Origin: a virus
Lineage: Duplodnaviria; Caudoviricetes
Length of the DNA: 31,340 bases
Direction: 5' to 3' (one strand)
IMG/VR virus record: IMGVR_UViG_3300025888_000024
Span: 1-31,340 of that record
In this document: positions 22,733-31,340 of the stretch, piece after piece
Layout: every line of letters starts with the position of its first letter
Position numbering within the stretch: the stretch's first letter is position 1
Position numbers and translations under genes: made by a program
Notes under the pieces: generated by a model
Databases searched by the model: none
Seen by the model: only the letters and a program-made list of their open reading frames with translations
Told to the model about the DNA's origin: nothing

Positions 22733-24373
22733 ATGATAATCCACGCTGACTGCATCCTTGCCATGTCTGAGATGGAGCCATCCTCAATCGACGCTATCGT
22801 CACCGACCCGCCCTATGGCCTTGAGTTTATGGGTAAGGAGTGGGACGCGCCTCACAAACTTTGGAATCAACCAGAAGCGCAGAAGCCGGGGGGATATGTT
22901 GGGTCTGACGGGAAGAGCAGAAGCAAGACTACTTGCAACTCGGCTCTTGTCCCCCGACCGCAGTATGTAGCTGGTGCAAGCTTCCAAGCCTGGGTCACTC
23001 AGTGGGCCTCCGAAGCCCTCAGAGTCCTCAAGCCCGGTGGCAGTCTCCTATCATTCGGCGGAACGAGAACCTTTCATCGTCTCACCTGCGGCTTAGAGGA
23101 CGCTGGATTTGTCATCAAAGACTGCCTGATGTGGCTCTATGGACAAGGATTCCCGAAAGCGCAGGACCTCGGCAAGATGATAGACAAGCGCAACGGGCGG
23201 AGGTTCGAGGATAGATTCGCGCTGGGGAAGCATATCAAAGAACGCCGAGAAGCACTGGGATACAGTCACAAGCAGATTAACGAATGGTTGGGTTCTGCGA
23301 GGAAAAGCGAGCATTTTGAGAGTGATTCACTGGGGTTTGCCACCGTCCCGACTCTAAAAGATTGGCATATCCTAAGTGAACGCCTTGGTCTGTCAGAAGA
23401 GTGGTTGCCTTTAATTGAACGCACAGGAGCAGAGCGGGGGGTTGTTGGGAAGTCCAATAGTAAAATCCACCTTGAGAATCTTGGAGAAGCGGGTTATCGA
23501 GAAGAGTGGGACATCACCCTCCCCGCCTCCGACCTCGCCCGCCACTGGGACGGCTACAAAATCGGGGGGATTAAACCCAGCTTCGAGCCCATAATCTGGG
23601 CCGTCAAACCCCCTGAAGGCGCGTGGATAGATAACGTGCTCAAGTACGGGACAGGCGCGGTGAACGTGGATGAGTGCCGGGTGGGGACGGACAGTGAAGA
23701 ACTTGAGAAAGCCCGTTGCAACTTTGAGAAGAACCAGACTCATAAGAAAACGAATACAGGACAGAACTTTCTCGCGTCTGACAAGTTGATAGCAACGCAT
23801 GGCAAGGGCCGCTATCCCGCGAATCTTCTCCTCTCCCACACCCCCGACTGCCGCGAGGTAGGGACGAAGCGGGTGAAGGCGGGTGGTGGCAAACCAGAAC
23901 GTGGCAATATTTTCAAAGGTGGGGGCAAAAGCCCCATGTGGAACTATGCCGACCCCGACGGATACGAAACCATCTCCGCGTGGGAGTGCGTCGAAGATTG
24001 TCCGGTAAGGCTACTGGACGAGCAGAGTGGGGACTTGACTCGATGGTTCAATAGTCCCCGCGATGGTAAGGGCGAGTCGGGTAACGATGTCTTCGGCAAT
24101 CATGCTGGGACAGGCGCGGCTCCAACGTATGACACGGGTGGCGCATCTCGTTTCTTCTACACCTCAAAGGCCACCGATCGCCAAGACTACAACGACCACC
24201 CGACTCTAAAGCCTACCGACCTTATCGAGTGGCTGATACGCCTTGTCACCCGTCCCGGTCAGACAGTCCTCGATTGCTTCGCGGGAAGTGGGACAACGGG
24301 AGTCGCGGCGATACAGAGCGGGCGGGAGTTCATTCTGATTGAGCAAGATTCTCATTACTGCGATATTTGTTAG
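22733..24373 (+). CDS. Beta-class N6-adenine/N4-cytosine DNA methyltransferase with inserted HTH
   Basis: IVTDPPY, EALRVLKPGG, HPTLKP, VLDCFAGSGTTG; XRE-like HTH insert (IKERREALGYSHKQINEWLG). Confidence 0.9.
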   Translation: MIIHADCILAMSEMEPSSIDAIVTDPPYGLEFMGKEWDAPHKLWNQPEAQKPGGYVGSDGKSRSKTTCNSALVPRPQYVAGASFQAWVTQWASEALRVLKPGGSLLSFGGTRTFHRLTCGLEDAGFVIKDCLMWLYGQGFPKAQDLGKMIDKRNGRRFEDRFALGKHIKERREALGYSHKQINEWLGSARKSEHFESDSLGFATVPTLKDWHILSERLGLSEEWLPLIERTGAERGVVGKSNSKIHLENLGEAGYREEWDITLPASDLARHWDGYKIGGIKPSFEPIIWAVKPPEGAWIDNVLKYGTGAVNVDECRVGTDSEELEKARCNFEKNQTHKKTNTGQNFLASDKLIATHGKGRYPANLLLSHTPDCREVGTKRVKAGGGKPERGNIFKGGGKSPMWNYADPDGYETISAWECVEDCPVRLLDEQSGDLTRWFNSPRDGKGESGNDVFGNHAGTGAAPTYDTGGASRFFYTSKATDRQDYNDHPTLKPTDLIEWLIRLVTRPGQTVLDCFAGSGTTGVAAIQSGREFILIEQDSHYCDIC

Positions 24374-24426
24374 AGACGAACGACCGACGGAGCGCAACAG
24401 GGAATGTTTTAACTCGGGGAGGAACC

Positions 24427-24783
24427 ATGAAAGAAGTGAAGGCTGACAACCGCCGTCTGACCTGCGGAGGTCGAAAGTCAGTGCCTGATGGCAAAGTGGT
24501 AGGGGTCATGTACGCCAAGCCTTGCCCCACCTGCCACGGCACAGGCAAGGTTCCCGACTGTAAGGATGCGGGGCCAAAGCCCCTCTCCCCTTGCGAAGGG
24601 TGCGCTGACAAGGAATGCGGCATTCGCGGTCGCTACAGAGGAGATAGGCGTCTTATCTGCTACCGCGAGGGGAACTCCTGCGAAGGGTGCGCTGACTTTC
24701 ATGGCACCTGCGACAAGTGGATGACCATTACGCGAGGAAAAAACGCCACGGGACACCTGCCCTGCTACCGCGAGGGTAACTAA
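24427..24783 (+). CDS. Cys-rich protein with internal repeats
   Basis: GGGGAGG RBS; CPTCHGTG, two CEGCAD and two CYREGN. Confidence 0.6.
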   Translation: MKEVKADNRRLTCGGRKSVPDGKVVGVMYAKPCPTCHGTGKVPDCKDAGPKPLSPCEGCADKECGIRGRYRGDRRLICYREGNSCEGCADFHGTCDKWMTITRGKNATGHLPCYREGN

Positions 24784-24980
24784 TGATGAAGATGATATAC
24801 ACCTGCCCGGCGTGTCAGACGGTGGTCGGCGTTTCGGAACCGAAACCCATCTGTCGCGGGGACAATGTCTTGCGCCACTTTTGCAACTGCCCGAGTTGCG
24901 ATGCCAGTTTCGAGTTGTATCTACCACTGACACGGGCAGAACGCAGGGAAAGCCGAAAGACGAAAAGGTTGCACGACTAA
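24783..24980 (+). CDS. Zn-ribbon protein
   Basis: CPAC...CPSC; TAATG coupling. Confidence 0.6.
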   Translation: MMKMIYTCPACQTVVGVSEPKPICRGDNVLRHFCNCPSCDASFELYLPLTRAERRESRKTKRLHD

Positions 24981-25005
24981 TGGCGCGCAGCAAGGAATGT
25001 TCTAG

Positions 25006-25686
25006 ATGCCACCTGAGATAGACCCCGCCAAAGTCGAGCAGGTCAAGACCCTCGCCACCATGGGGAAGAACGACTCCCAGATTTCACGCATGACCGGCCT
25101 TTCTCGTCGCACCGTTGTCCGGTATCGGGACATGGAGGACCCGCCCGAACTCTTCGTCGAGCTCTCCGAGATGCGGAAAGGGCAAGTGAAGAGATTCGGT
25201 GAAGCCGCCTGGCCCTTCGTTCATGGACTTATAGCTTCGTTGAAACAGGATTTGGAAGCCGGGACGATGAAGCCCCGCGACAAGATAATCACGGTCGGGA
25301 TTTTGGTGGACAAGATAAACACCTTCGACCAGTACGGGAAAGGCCAGAATCGTGGCGGTAACACCACAGTCAGAATTGAACTCTACGATGAATCTAAGGC
25401 TGGGATTATCGCCAACCCAACATCAGTTCCACGAGGGGAATTCCCGATACAGGGCGATGATATGCGGCCTGGGAGCGGGCAAGACATTCTCCGGTTGCCT
25501 GGAGGCTCTGAGGACGGTCTTCCTGTATCCGAAATCGTCGGGGGTGATAGTAGCCTCGACATATCGGAACCTGGAGGACTTCGTACTTCCGATGATTCAG
25601 GAAGAACTCTGGGAGAGCCTCGGGATGCCGGGGGGCTGGGACGAGAACTTCACGATGAACAAACAATCGATGGTGGCGACCTGTAA
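25006..25686 (+). CDS. terS: Terminase small subunit (HTH)
   Basis: N-terminal HTH (GKNDSQISRMTGLSRRTVVRY), GILVDK motif, position upstream of terL. Confidence 0.7.
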   Translation: MPPEIDPAKVEQVKTLATMGKNDSQISRMTGLSRRTVVRYRDMEDPPELFVELSEMRKGQVKRFGEAAWPFVHGLIASLKQDLEAGTMKPRDKIITVGILVDKINTFDQYGKGQNRGGNTTVRIELYDESKAGIIANPTSVPRGEFPIQGDDMRPGSGQDILRLPGGSEDGLPVSEIVGGDSSLDISEPGGLRTSDDSGRTLGEPRDAGGLGRELHDEQTIDGGDL

Positions 25687-26602
25687 GAACGGTAGTCGAA
25701 TCTATTTCCGCTCCTGTGAACGCCCCAAAGACTTAAGGGGCCCGAATCTCGGTTGGTTCTATATCGACGAGGCTTCAAAGGTCTCTCAGACGGTGTGGAA
25801 CATCATGATAGGTCGTCTCCGCAAACCCCCGGAGAAGGGTTGGATCACGACAACCCCCAAGGGAAGAAACTGGATTTGGGAAGAGTTCGCCCGTCGACCG
25901 AGAAACAACTTTGAATTCTGGACCGGGGCAACGGATGAGAATAGTCACCTGACGCGTGACTATATCAACAGTCTCAAAGAATCATACTCCGGTTCGTTCC
26001 TTGCTCAAGAGTTCTACGGCGAATTCGTAGGCTGGGAAGGCCTTGTCTATCCCGGCGTCAAGTTGGAAACTCACCACGCTCCCGCAGAAGAAGCCGTCGG
26101 GGACTATTCCATCGCCGGGGTTGACTGGGGCTGGACAGACCCCAACGTGATAGTAGTCGGGAGGGTCAACGAGGGTCGGATTCATCAGGTCGATGAGTTC
26201 TACAAACCGAAAGTCCATATCGACGACCTGATAGAAGTCGCACTCGACTTCAAATCGAAATACAACGTCAGGACGTTTTTCTGCGACTCCGCAAGACCGG
26301 AATACCTCCAGGCTTTCCGAAACGCCGGTTTGGATGCGAGAAAGGGTCATAAGGAAATCGACCCCGGGATCGCGACGGTCAATCGGATGATAGACAGGGG
26401 TTTGTTTCGGATAGACTTCAACGCTTGCCCGAACACGATAAACGAGTTTGAGCAATATGCATACGAAGAGGACGACTTCGGCAAGATTCGCAAAGATAGA
26501 CCAATAGACCGAAACAACCATGCAATGGACGCGCTCAGATACATGCTTTATTCCCAGACCAAGATAGGTACTGCCTCCTGCTCAATGAGAGGTGCTCGAT
26601 GA
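25388..26602 (+). CDS. terL: Terminase large subunit
   Basis: Walker A GLGAGKT, LRGPNLGWFYIDEA (Walker B), TTTPKG, nuclease motifs GVDWG and NHAMDALRY. Confidence 0.95.
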   Translation: MNLRLGLSPTQHQFHEGNSRYRAMICGLGAGKTFSGCLEALRTVFLYPKSSGVIVASTYRNLEDFVLPMIQEELWESLGMPGGWDENFTMNKQSMVATCKNGSRIYFRSCERPKDLRGPNLGWFYIDEASKVSQTVWNIMIGRLRKPPEKGWITTTPKGRNWIWEEFARRPRNNFEFWTGATDENSHLTRDYINSLKESYSGSFLAQEFYGEFVGWEGLVYPGVKLETHHAPAEEAVGDYSIAGVDWGWTDPNVIVVGRVNEGRIHQVDEFYKPKVHIDDLIEVALDFKSKYNVRTFFCDSARPEYLQAFRNAGLDARKGHKEIDPGIATVNRMIDRGLFRIDFNACPNTINEFEQYAYEEDDFGKIRKDRPIDRNNHAMDALRYMLYSQTKIGTASCSMRGAR

Positions 26603-28119
26603 TCCCCAGCGTGAAAATAGCCAGCCTGGAAAACGTCAAAGCCACGGCCGTTGATGATACGTTAGCATCGCGGATTATAGCGGGCGTTTATCCGAGGTCG
26701 CAATATCAATTCCTGAACGAGTCCGCACTCGAAAGAGTCACCGACGCCAATTGGTATTATCACTTTTACAATATCGACGGCCAGATGTGGACATATCCGA
26801 AGATGGATTACAGGCCCACGATCATGCCCGTCAACCTCGCGAGATGGTTCGTCAAAAAACGCTCTTCCTGGATGTTCGAGGTGGCTCCTGATATCGAGTG
26901 TCCCGCGGAATCTTTCGACGCTCCAGAAAAGATGGAGGCCGACGGGTACGTCCCGAGCCCCAAACAAAAGAAGGCGAACGATTCAGCCTCTGCGAGAGAA
27001 CAGCTTCTGTATTCTACCTGGAAACAAAACCGCTTCGAGTACAAGCTGATTGAAGCGGGCAAGGACCATTTCATCGGCGGGCTCGTCGCTCTCAGAATCC
27101 TTTATATCAACGGGGGAATCAAGCTCCTGTTCGCGCCGACTCAAGAAGTTTTTCCGATCCCCGACGTGACCGACCCTTATTCTTTCTCCACGATTCATTT
27201 TTGTTCTTACCTCGATAACGAGCAGACAATCTGGAAACAGACGTGGGAGCTTCTCCCGGGTGAAGACGGGAATACTTATTGTTATCTCACCGAAGGCACT
27301 TACGACACTGCTTTGCACGAAAAAGAAATGATACATAAACAGACCAACATGGGAATAGATTTCATCCCCGTTGTTTTGTTTCCCAATGATTCGCTCACCG
27401 GTGACCCGTTCGGGAATTCGTACTTGAAAGATTTGATACCACTTTTCGAGCAGTATAATCACGCTTTATCAGACGCGGCAGATTCGTTGAAGTTCAACGA
27501 GTTCGCGATAAAAGTTTTGTTGGGGGCTTCTCCCGACGCGGAGAAGAATCTGAAAGTCGCGCCGGGGGCCGTCTGGAACATCACCGGGGATTCGGCGGAC
27601 GCCAAAGTCTTGGAATCTTCCTTTAGCTATCAAACCGCTTTGGCTGATTTTCTTACCAGACTTGAGAATCTTACCCACATGATAGGCGAGGTCCCCGACA
27701 TCACTCCCGACAGGATAAAAGGCTTCGGCCTCGTTTCGGGAGTTGCTCTCAAACTCCTGTATTCAGATTTGGTTTCCGCGACCCAAAATTCCTGGCGAAT
27801 CTGGAAAGACGGTTTGGTTTTGGCGAACGAATATATCCTTCGAATGTTAGAGACCTACGAATCCCACCCCGAGATTACGTCTTACGACACCAGGATAATC
27901 CCGCATCTTCCCTTGCCGGAGAACGAAGCAGAAAAAATCAACATGGAAGTCACCAAACTTGGTGCCTCGCTGCAGAGCGTCCATGGCGCGCTGCAAGAAT
28001 TGGGCGAGAAATACCCAGAGAGGCTCATTGCCCAACTCATCACCGAGAGAGAACGGTTTGCCGGGGTCATGGGGAAGACCCTGACCCCCCAGGAGAAAGC
28101 GATAATCTCAGGTGCTTAA
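26599..28119 (+). CDS. Portal protein (SPP1-like)
   Basis: 506 aa after terL; FIPVVLFPN...G.S.LKDLI..., SGVALK. Confidence 0.88.
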   Translation: MIPSVKIASLENVKATAVDDTLASRIIAGVYPRSQYQFLNESALERVTDANWYYHFYNIDGQMWTYPKMDYRPTIMPVNLARWFVKKRSSWMFEVAPDIECPAESFDAPEKMEADGYVPSPKQKKANDSASAREQLLYSTWKQNRFEYKLIEAGKDHFIGGLVALRILYINGGIKLLFAPTQEVFPIPDVTDPYSFSTIHFCSYLDNEQTIWKQTWELLPGEDGNTYCYLTEGTYDTALHEKEMIHKQTNMGIDFIPVVLFPNDSLTGDPFGNSYLKDLIPLFEQYNHALSDAADSLKFNEFAIKVLLGASPDAEKNLKVAPGAVWNITGDSADAKVLESSFSYQTALADFLTRLENLTHMIGEVPDITPDRIKGFGLVSGVALKLLYSDLVSATQNSWRIWKDGLVLANEYILRMLETYESHPEITSYDTRIIPHLPLPENEAEKINMEVTKLGASLQSVHGALQELGEKYPERLIAQLITERERFAGVMGKTLTPQEKAIISGA

Positions 28120-28258
28120 AACAAAACGTGTCATGGAGTATTCGAGAGGGAAAGCGAGGCCGGGCGGCACGATGATGCCCGATCAATCTCGGATGGTCGT
28201 CACCGTCAACATCTGTGAAAAATGTAAACGAGTCGGCAAGTTCTGCACCTGCAAATGA
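28112..28258 (+). CDS. 48-aa protein with C-terminal CxxC..CxC (not in the ORF track)
   Basis: Fills the portal-MuF gap, overlapping both neighbours; ...ICEKCKRVGKFCTCK*. Confidence 0.45.
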   Translation: MLKTKRVMEYSRGKARPGGTMMPDQSRMVVTVNICEKCKRVGKFCTCK

Positions 28259-29094
28259 CTTACACACAATGGCGCAAGACATACGAAGCGCGGAAGCTCT
28301 CATTCCTCCAGTCGAACGAAAGGGATTTCCGCCGACTCCTGACCACCGCACGAAGCGGCCTGTACGTCCCCGAAGAGATCACAAATTCTTATCGCTCGCA
28401 CGTTGACGGCGTGATGGATGAATTCACGAACAGTTACCATCCGTTGCTTGAGAGAAACCTTGGGACCGCGGCGAAGTTTGAATTGGCTGGCGCGGCCCTT
28501 CTCGGCTTGGGTTTCTCTAATAAGCAATACCCGGTAGAAGAGATCGCAACAAAAGTTGCAACGGAGTCGATGAGCGGTCTTCTCCCTAGCGGCTTTTCGC
28601 TATCTGAGCGCGTCTGGGATTTGAACTACTCGAAAGACATTTTGTCGACGGTGGAGAATGGCCTCAGGGCGAATCTCAGCCCCGAGATGATAGCGAAACA
28701 ACTCGACGGCTTTGTCTTGCCGGGTAGAGAAGTCACGACCATAACACCGTACGGACGGTCGCTTAATTACGATTCGATGCGCCTTGCGAGGTCAGAGGTC
28801 ATGGCCTCGTTCCGGAAAGCTTCTGACGAATCCATGAAGCAGACCCCGTGGATCACCGGTCAAGTTTTCACGCTGTCGGATTCTCACGAAGATTCCGGCT
28901 GCGAGTGCGAGGGTTACGACGGGCAAGTTTTTGCGAACGGAAGATAAGCCCGACCCCTCGGAAGTCTACACGCGCACTGCGGATGTTACTACATCGACGA
29001 AGTGATGTCCTCTGACGAGTGGGACGCCGCGATGAATGATTATCTCACCGACGGAACCGATGAAATCGGCATAGCAGACTGGTTAGCAGAATAG
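28255..29094 (+). CDS. Minor head protein (MuF/SPP1 gp7-like), interrupted by TAA at 28945-28947
   Basis: LSERVW, RLARSE, C.C..YDG; the HxxCxC motif (HAHCGC) lies in frame after the TAA. Confidence 0.75.
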
Positions 29095-29095
29095 G

Positions 29096-29117
29096 GCCCC
29101 CACACCGGGGGCTTTTT
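29096..29117 (+). terminator. Rho-independent terminator
   Basis: GCCCCC-acacc-GGGGGC-TTTTT. Confidence 0.7.
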
Positions 29118-29147
29118 CGATGGGATTGAATCCCAAAAGGAGTGGTC

Positions 29148-29657
29148 ATGATGGCCGACGAGGAAACGGTAGAACCGAAAACCTTTGACGAAGCCTACGT
29201 GAAAGGGCTCCGAGGCGAAGCCGCGTCGAATCGAATCGAGGCAAAGGGCTTCAAGGAGCAAGTTGAGGCACTGACGGCGCAAATCAACGGTTTCAAAGAC
29301 AAGGACAAAAGTGAGTTGGAGAAGGCGACCGAGGAACGCACGCGCCTAGAGCGCGAACTTGAAGACGCGAAAAAAGCCAACGCCGATATGATCGTCAAAT
29401 CGCAAGTGTTCGCTGAAGCGGGCAAGCTTGGGATTATCGACCCCGACGCGGCTTTCAGACTTCTTGACCTTTCAGAGATTGACGACAAGGGCGTCCGCAA
29501 AGCCCTAGACAAACTGGTGAAAGAGAAGCCGTATCTTCTGAAATCCGAATCGCCACCCCCGGCTCCTGGAACCGGAGGAGTTCCCGTAGGAGGCACCGCG
29601 AAGCCGTCGCTCGAAGGCGTGATCGCGGGTGCCCTGCAGAAGGGGACTCCTAAATAA
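29148..29657 (+). CDS. Capsid scaffolding protein
   Basis: KTFDEAYVKGLRGEAASNR...KSELEK coiled coil, KPYL; AAAGGAG RBS; precedes the MCP. Confidence 0.85.
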   Translation: MMADEETVEPKTFDEAYVKGLRGEAASNRIEAKGFKEQVEALTAQINGFKDKDKSELEKATEERTRLERELEDAKKANADMIVKSQVFAEAGKLGIIDPDAAFRLLDLSEIDDKGVRKALDKLVKEKPYLLKSESPPPAPGTGGVPVGGTAKPSLEGVIAGALQKGTPK

Positions 29658-29671
29658 AGGAGTGACAGAAA

Positions 29672-30586
29672 GTGACCATACCGAGCATGGACGAACAGAC
29701 TGAGGCCACCGGCCTTATTTTTGTTCCCGAGGAACTAGCAACCGATGTAAACATGCTGATCCGCGACGCTTCGGCAGTCGACGCCCTTGCGCGTCACCGC
29801 CCGATGAAGCGTAACGTTCTAAACTTGCGGAAGCAGCTTACTACTACCACCCCGGCGGCTGTCGCCGAGAAGGGGATTAAGACCAAATCAGCGCCGACTT
29901 TCGACAAGTACACGTTGACCGCTGAGACAATCGCAGTGATCGTGCCGTTCACAGAGGACGAGGTCGACGATTCAGATGTTGACACCTCAAGCCTCGTCAA
30001 GGAAGACGTCATATCAGGACTCGCGGAAATATTCGACGCTTACACGCTCGGATACAACCTGGGTTCTCCGTATACCGACTCCTGGAGTGGCAACACCCCC
30101 GTAGGTAACGAGGTGCCCTTCGGCTCATCTCCCGCAGGGGACATCGCCGACGATATCAACGAAATGATATCCAAGATCGAGGTCCAGGGTTATGACTGCA
30201 CGGGCATGATATCTCACCCACGGGTTAAGGCCCTTTTGAGGGGCGCACGTGACAAGGACAATCACCCGATCTATCAGGAAGACCTGAGGACGTCCGTAGG
30301 CGTCTACAACGTGTACGGAATCCCGTTCAAGTTCTCCCGCCAGGTTATCGCTTCTGGCAGCCCGTTGGGCGTTGAGATTCTCGGCGCATATTGCCCCTAC
30401 GTTGTTGTAGGCGACAGGATGAGCCTTGAGATCAAAATGCTCGACCAGGCGACCCTCACGCAAGGCGGAGAGACGATCAACCTCGCCGAGCAGGACATGA
30501 TTGCTCTACGCTTCAGGCTGAGGAAGGCGTTCGCAATCAAACTGGACGACATCCTCGCGAAGGTTACTGACGTACCCCTCGCCTGA
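29672..30586 (+). CDS. Major capsid protein (HK97 fold)
   Basis: VPEELA..., LRGARDKDNHPIY, VVGD, INLAEQDMIALR; AAAGGAG RBS. Confidence 0.92.
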   Translation: MTIPSMDEQTEATGLIFVPEELATDVNMLIRDASAVDALARHRPMKRNVLNLRKQLTTTTPAAVAEKGIKTKSAPTFDKYTLTAETIAVIVPFTEDEVDDSDVDTSSLVKEDVISGLAEIFDAYTLGYNLGSPYTDSWSGNTPVGNEVPFGSSPAGDIADDINEMISKIEVQGYDCTGMISHPRVKALLRGARDKDNHPIYQEDLRTSVGVYNVYGIPFKFSRQVIASGSPLGVEILGAYCPYVVVGDRMSLEIKMLDQATLTQGGETINLAEQDMIALRFRLRKAFAIKLDDILAKVTDVPLA

Positions 30587-31260
30587 TGCTGATTCGGATT
30601 AAGGACAGTAGGCCGGGGTGTACATTCCGCCCCGGCCAGCTTGTCCGCGTCGGCGACCGCCAAGCCGAAGAATGGATTGAGCGGGGTTTGGCGACCGAAG
30701 CAACGGACATGTGGGTGCCTCTCAATGACAATCCCAAGCCCAGCACAGACCCTATCCCCCCGATGAAACCGACGCGAAACATAGACAGAAAGGGCAACGT
30801 GTTGACGAAGCTTAACCTGGGGTGCGGCCCCGATGTCAAACAGGGCTTCATCAATTTGGACATCCGCCCTCTCGACGGCGTTGTCGTTTGTGACGTATCC
30901 GAGGTCGAGCAGATGCACGTCTACGCGGGCGCGACTGAAATCCTCGCCTATGACATTCTCGAGCACTTCGACCGTCGAACAGCGAAGATGTGCCTGGCGA
31001 TGTGGGTTTCCCTTCTCGCCCCCGGCGGCATCCTCAAACTGCGCTGCCCCGATATCCGGCATGCGATGAAGGTCGCGCCAAACGACGAATGGCTTGAACT
31101 ACTTTTGTACGGCGGGCAGGACTACCCTGAAAATCAACACCTCTGCGGCTTCACGACGGGTACACTCTGCCCGTTCCTCGTCGGCCTGGGCATGGAGATA
31201 ACGCTGGTCAAACAGACACCTGCGGGCAATTTGGAGATAGAAGCGCATAAATGCGGATAG
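30586..31260 (+). CDS. Class I SAM-dependent methyltransferase with small N-terminal head-type domain
   Basis: KLNLGCG, INLDI, DILEHF, LAPGGIL.L.CPD; N-terminal 40-aa FRPGQLVRVGDRQAEEWIERGLA; TGATG-coupled to the MCP. Confidence 0.85.
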   Translation: MLIRIKDSRPGCTFRPGQLVRVGDRQAEEWIERGLATEATDMWVPLNDNPKPSTDPIPPMKPTRNIDRKGNVLTKLNLGCGPDVKQGFINLDIRPLDGVVVCDVSEVEQMHVYAGATEILAYDILEHFDRRTAKMCLAMWVSLLAPGGILKLRCPDIRHAMKVAPNDEWLELLLYGGQDYPENQHLCGFTTGTLCPFLVGLGMEITLVKQTPAGNLEIEAHKCG

Positions 31261-31340
31261 GCTATCTCTCAACCTTCGAGCATCATTGGAATACAGAATC
31301 AGAGATTGCAGACTATCTCGAATTGGCAGGTCAGATCGGA
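31251..31340 (+). CDS. Probable glycosyltransferase (GT-B type), N-terminal fragment
   Basis: MRIGYLSTFEHHWNTESEIADYLELAGQ resembles the first strand/helix of GT-B enzymes; only 30 codons are visible. Confidence 0.5.
   Translation, partial: MRIGYLSTFEHHWNTESEIADYLELAGQIG

Noticed and set aside
19-31062. Numerous minus-strand and alternate-frame ORFs in the track
   Set aside because: They are shadows of well-supported genes, with no RBS or recognisable motifs; only int and the repressor are supported on the minus strand.
1-31340. Genome-wide TAG recoding
   Set aside because: TAG ends many genes cleanly just before the next RBS or start (4042, 7890, 12927, 31260); only one suspicious case at 24371.

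Overview
This window is about 31 kb of a temperate, siphovirus-like dsDNA phage genome, circularly permuted. It opens in the C-terminus of the tape-measure gene and continues through two large tail-tip proteins decorated with beta-propeller and carbohydrate-binding modules, then a CHAP endolysin flanked by holin-like genes. Next come accessory enzymes (HEXXH protein, metallophosphoesterase, RusA-like resolvase), a leftward large serine integrase and XRE repressor, and the rightward early region (ERF, HNH, replication initiator, C5 DNA methyltransferase, dNTP-pyrophosphohydrolase-like and Zn-finger genes). It ends with an adenine/N4C methyltransferase and the head module (TerS, TerL, portal, MuF, scaffold, major capsid), followed directly by a SAM methyltransferase fused to a small head-type domain and the start of a probable glycosyltransferase. 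No host genes are visible and a candidate intact attP lies upstream of the integrase, suggesting the non-integrated form. Best leads: a capsid-linked methyltransferase/glycosyltransferase cassette (possible virion modification), a dual-frame C5-MTase cassette bounded by 15-bp direct repeats, several structured non-coding regions (an RBS-sequestering switch, an anti-SD-displaying RNA, a 200-nt multi-hairpin), an internal start in the endolysin, and two in-frame stop anomalies. All product calls come from motif recognition by eye; no database searches were run.
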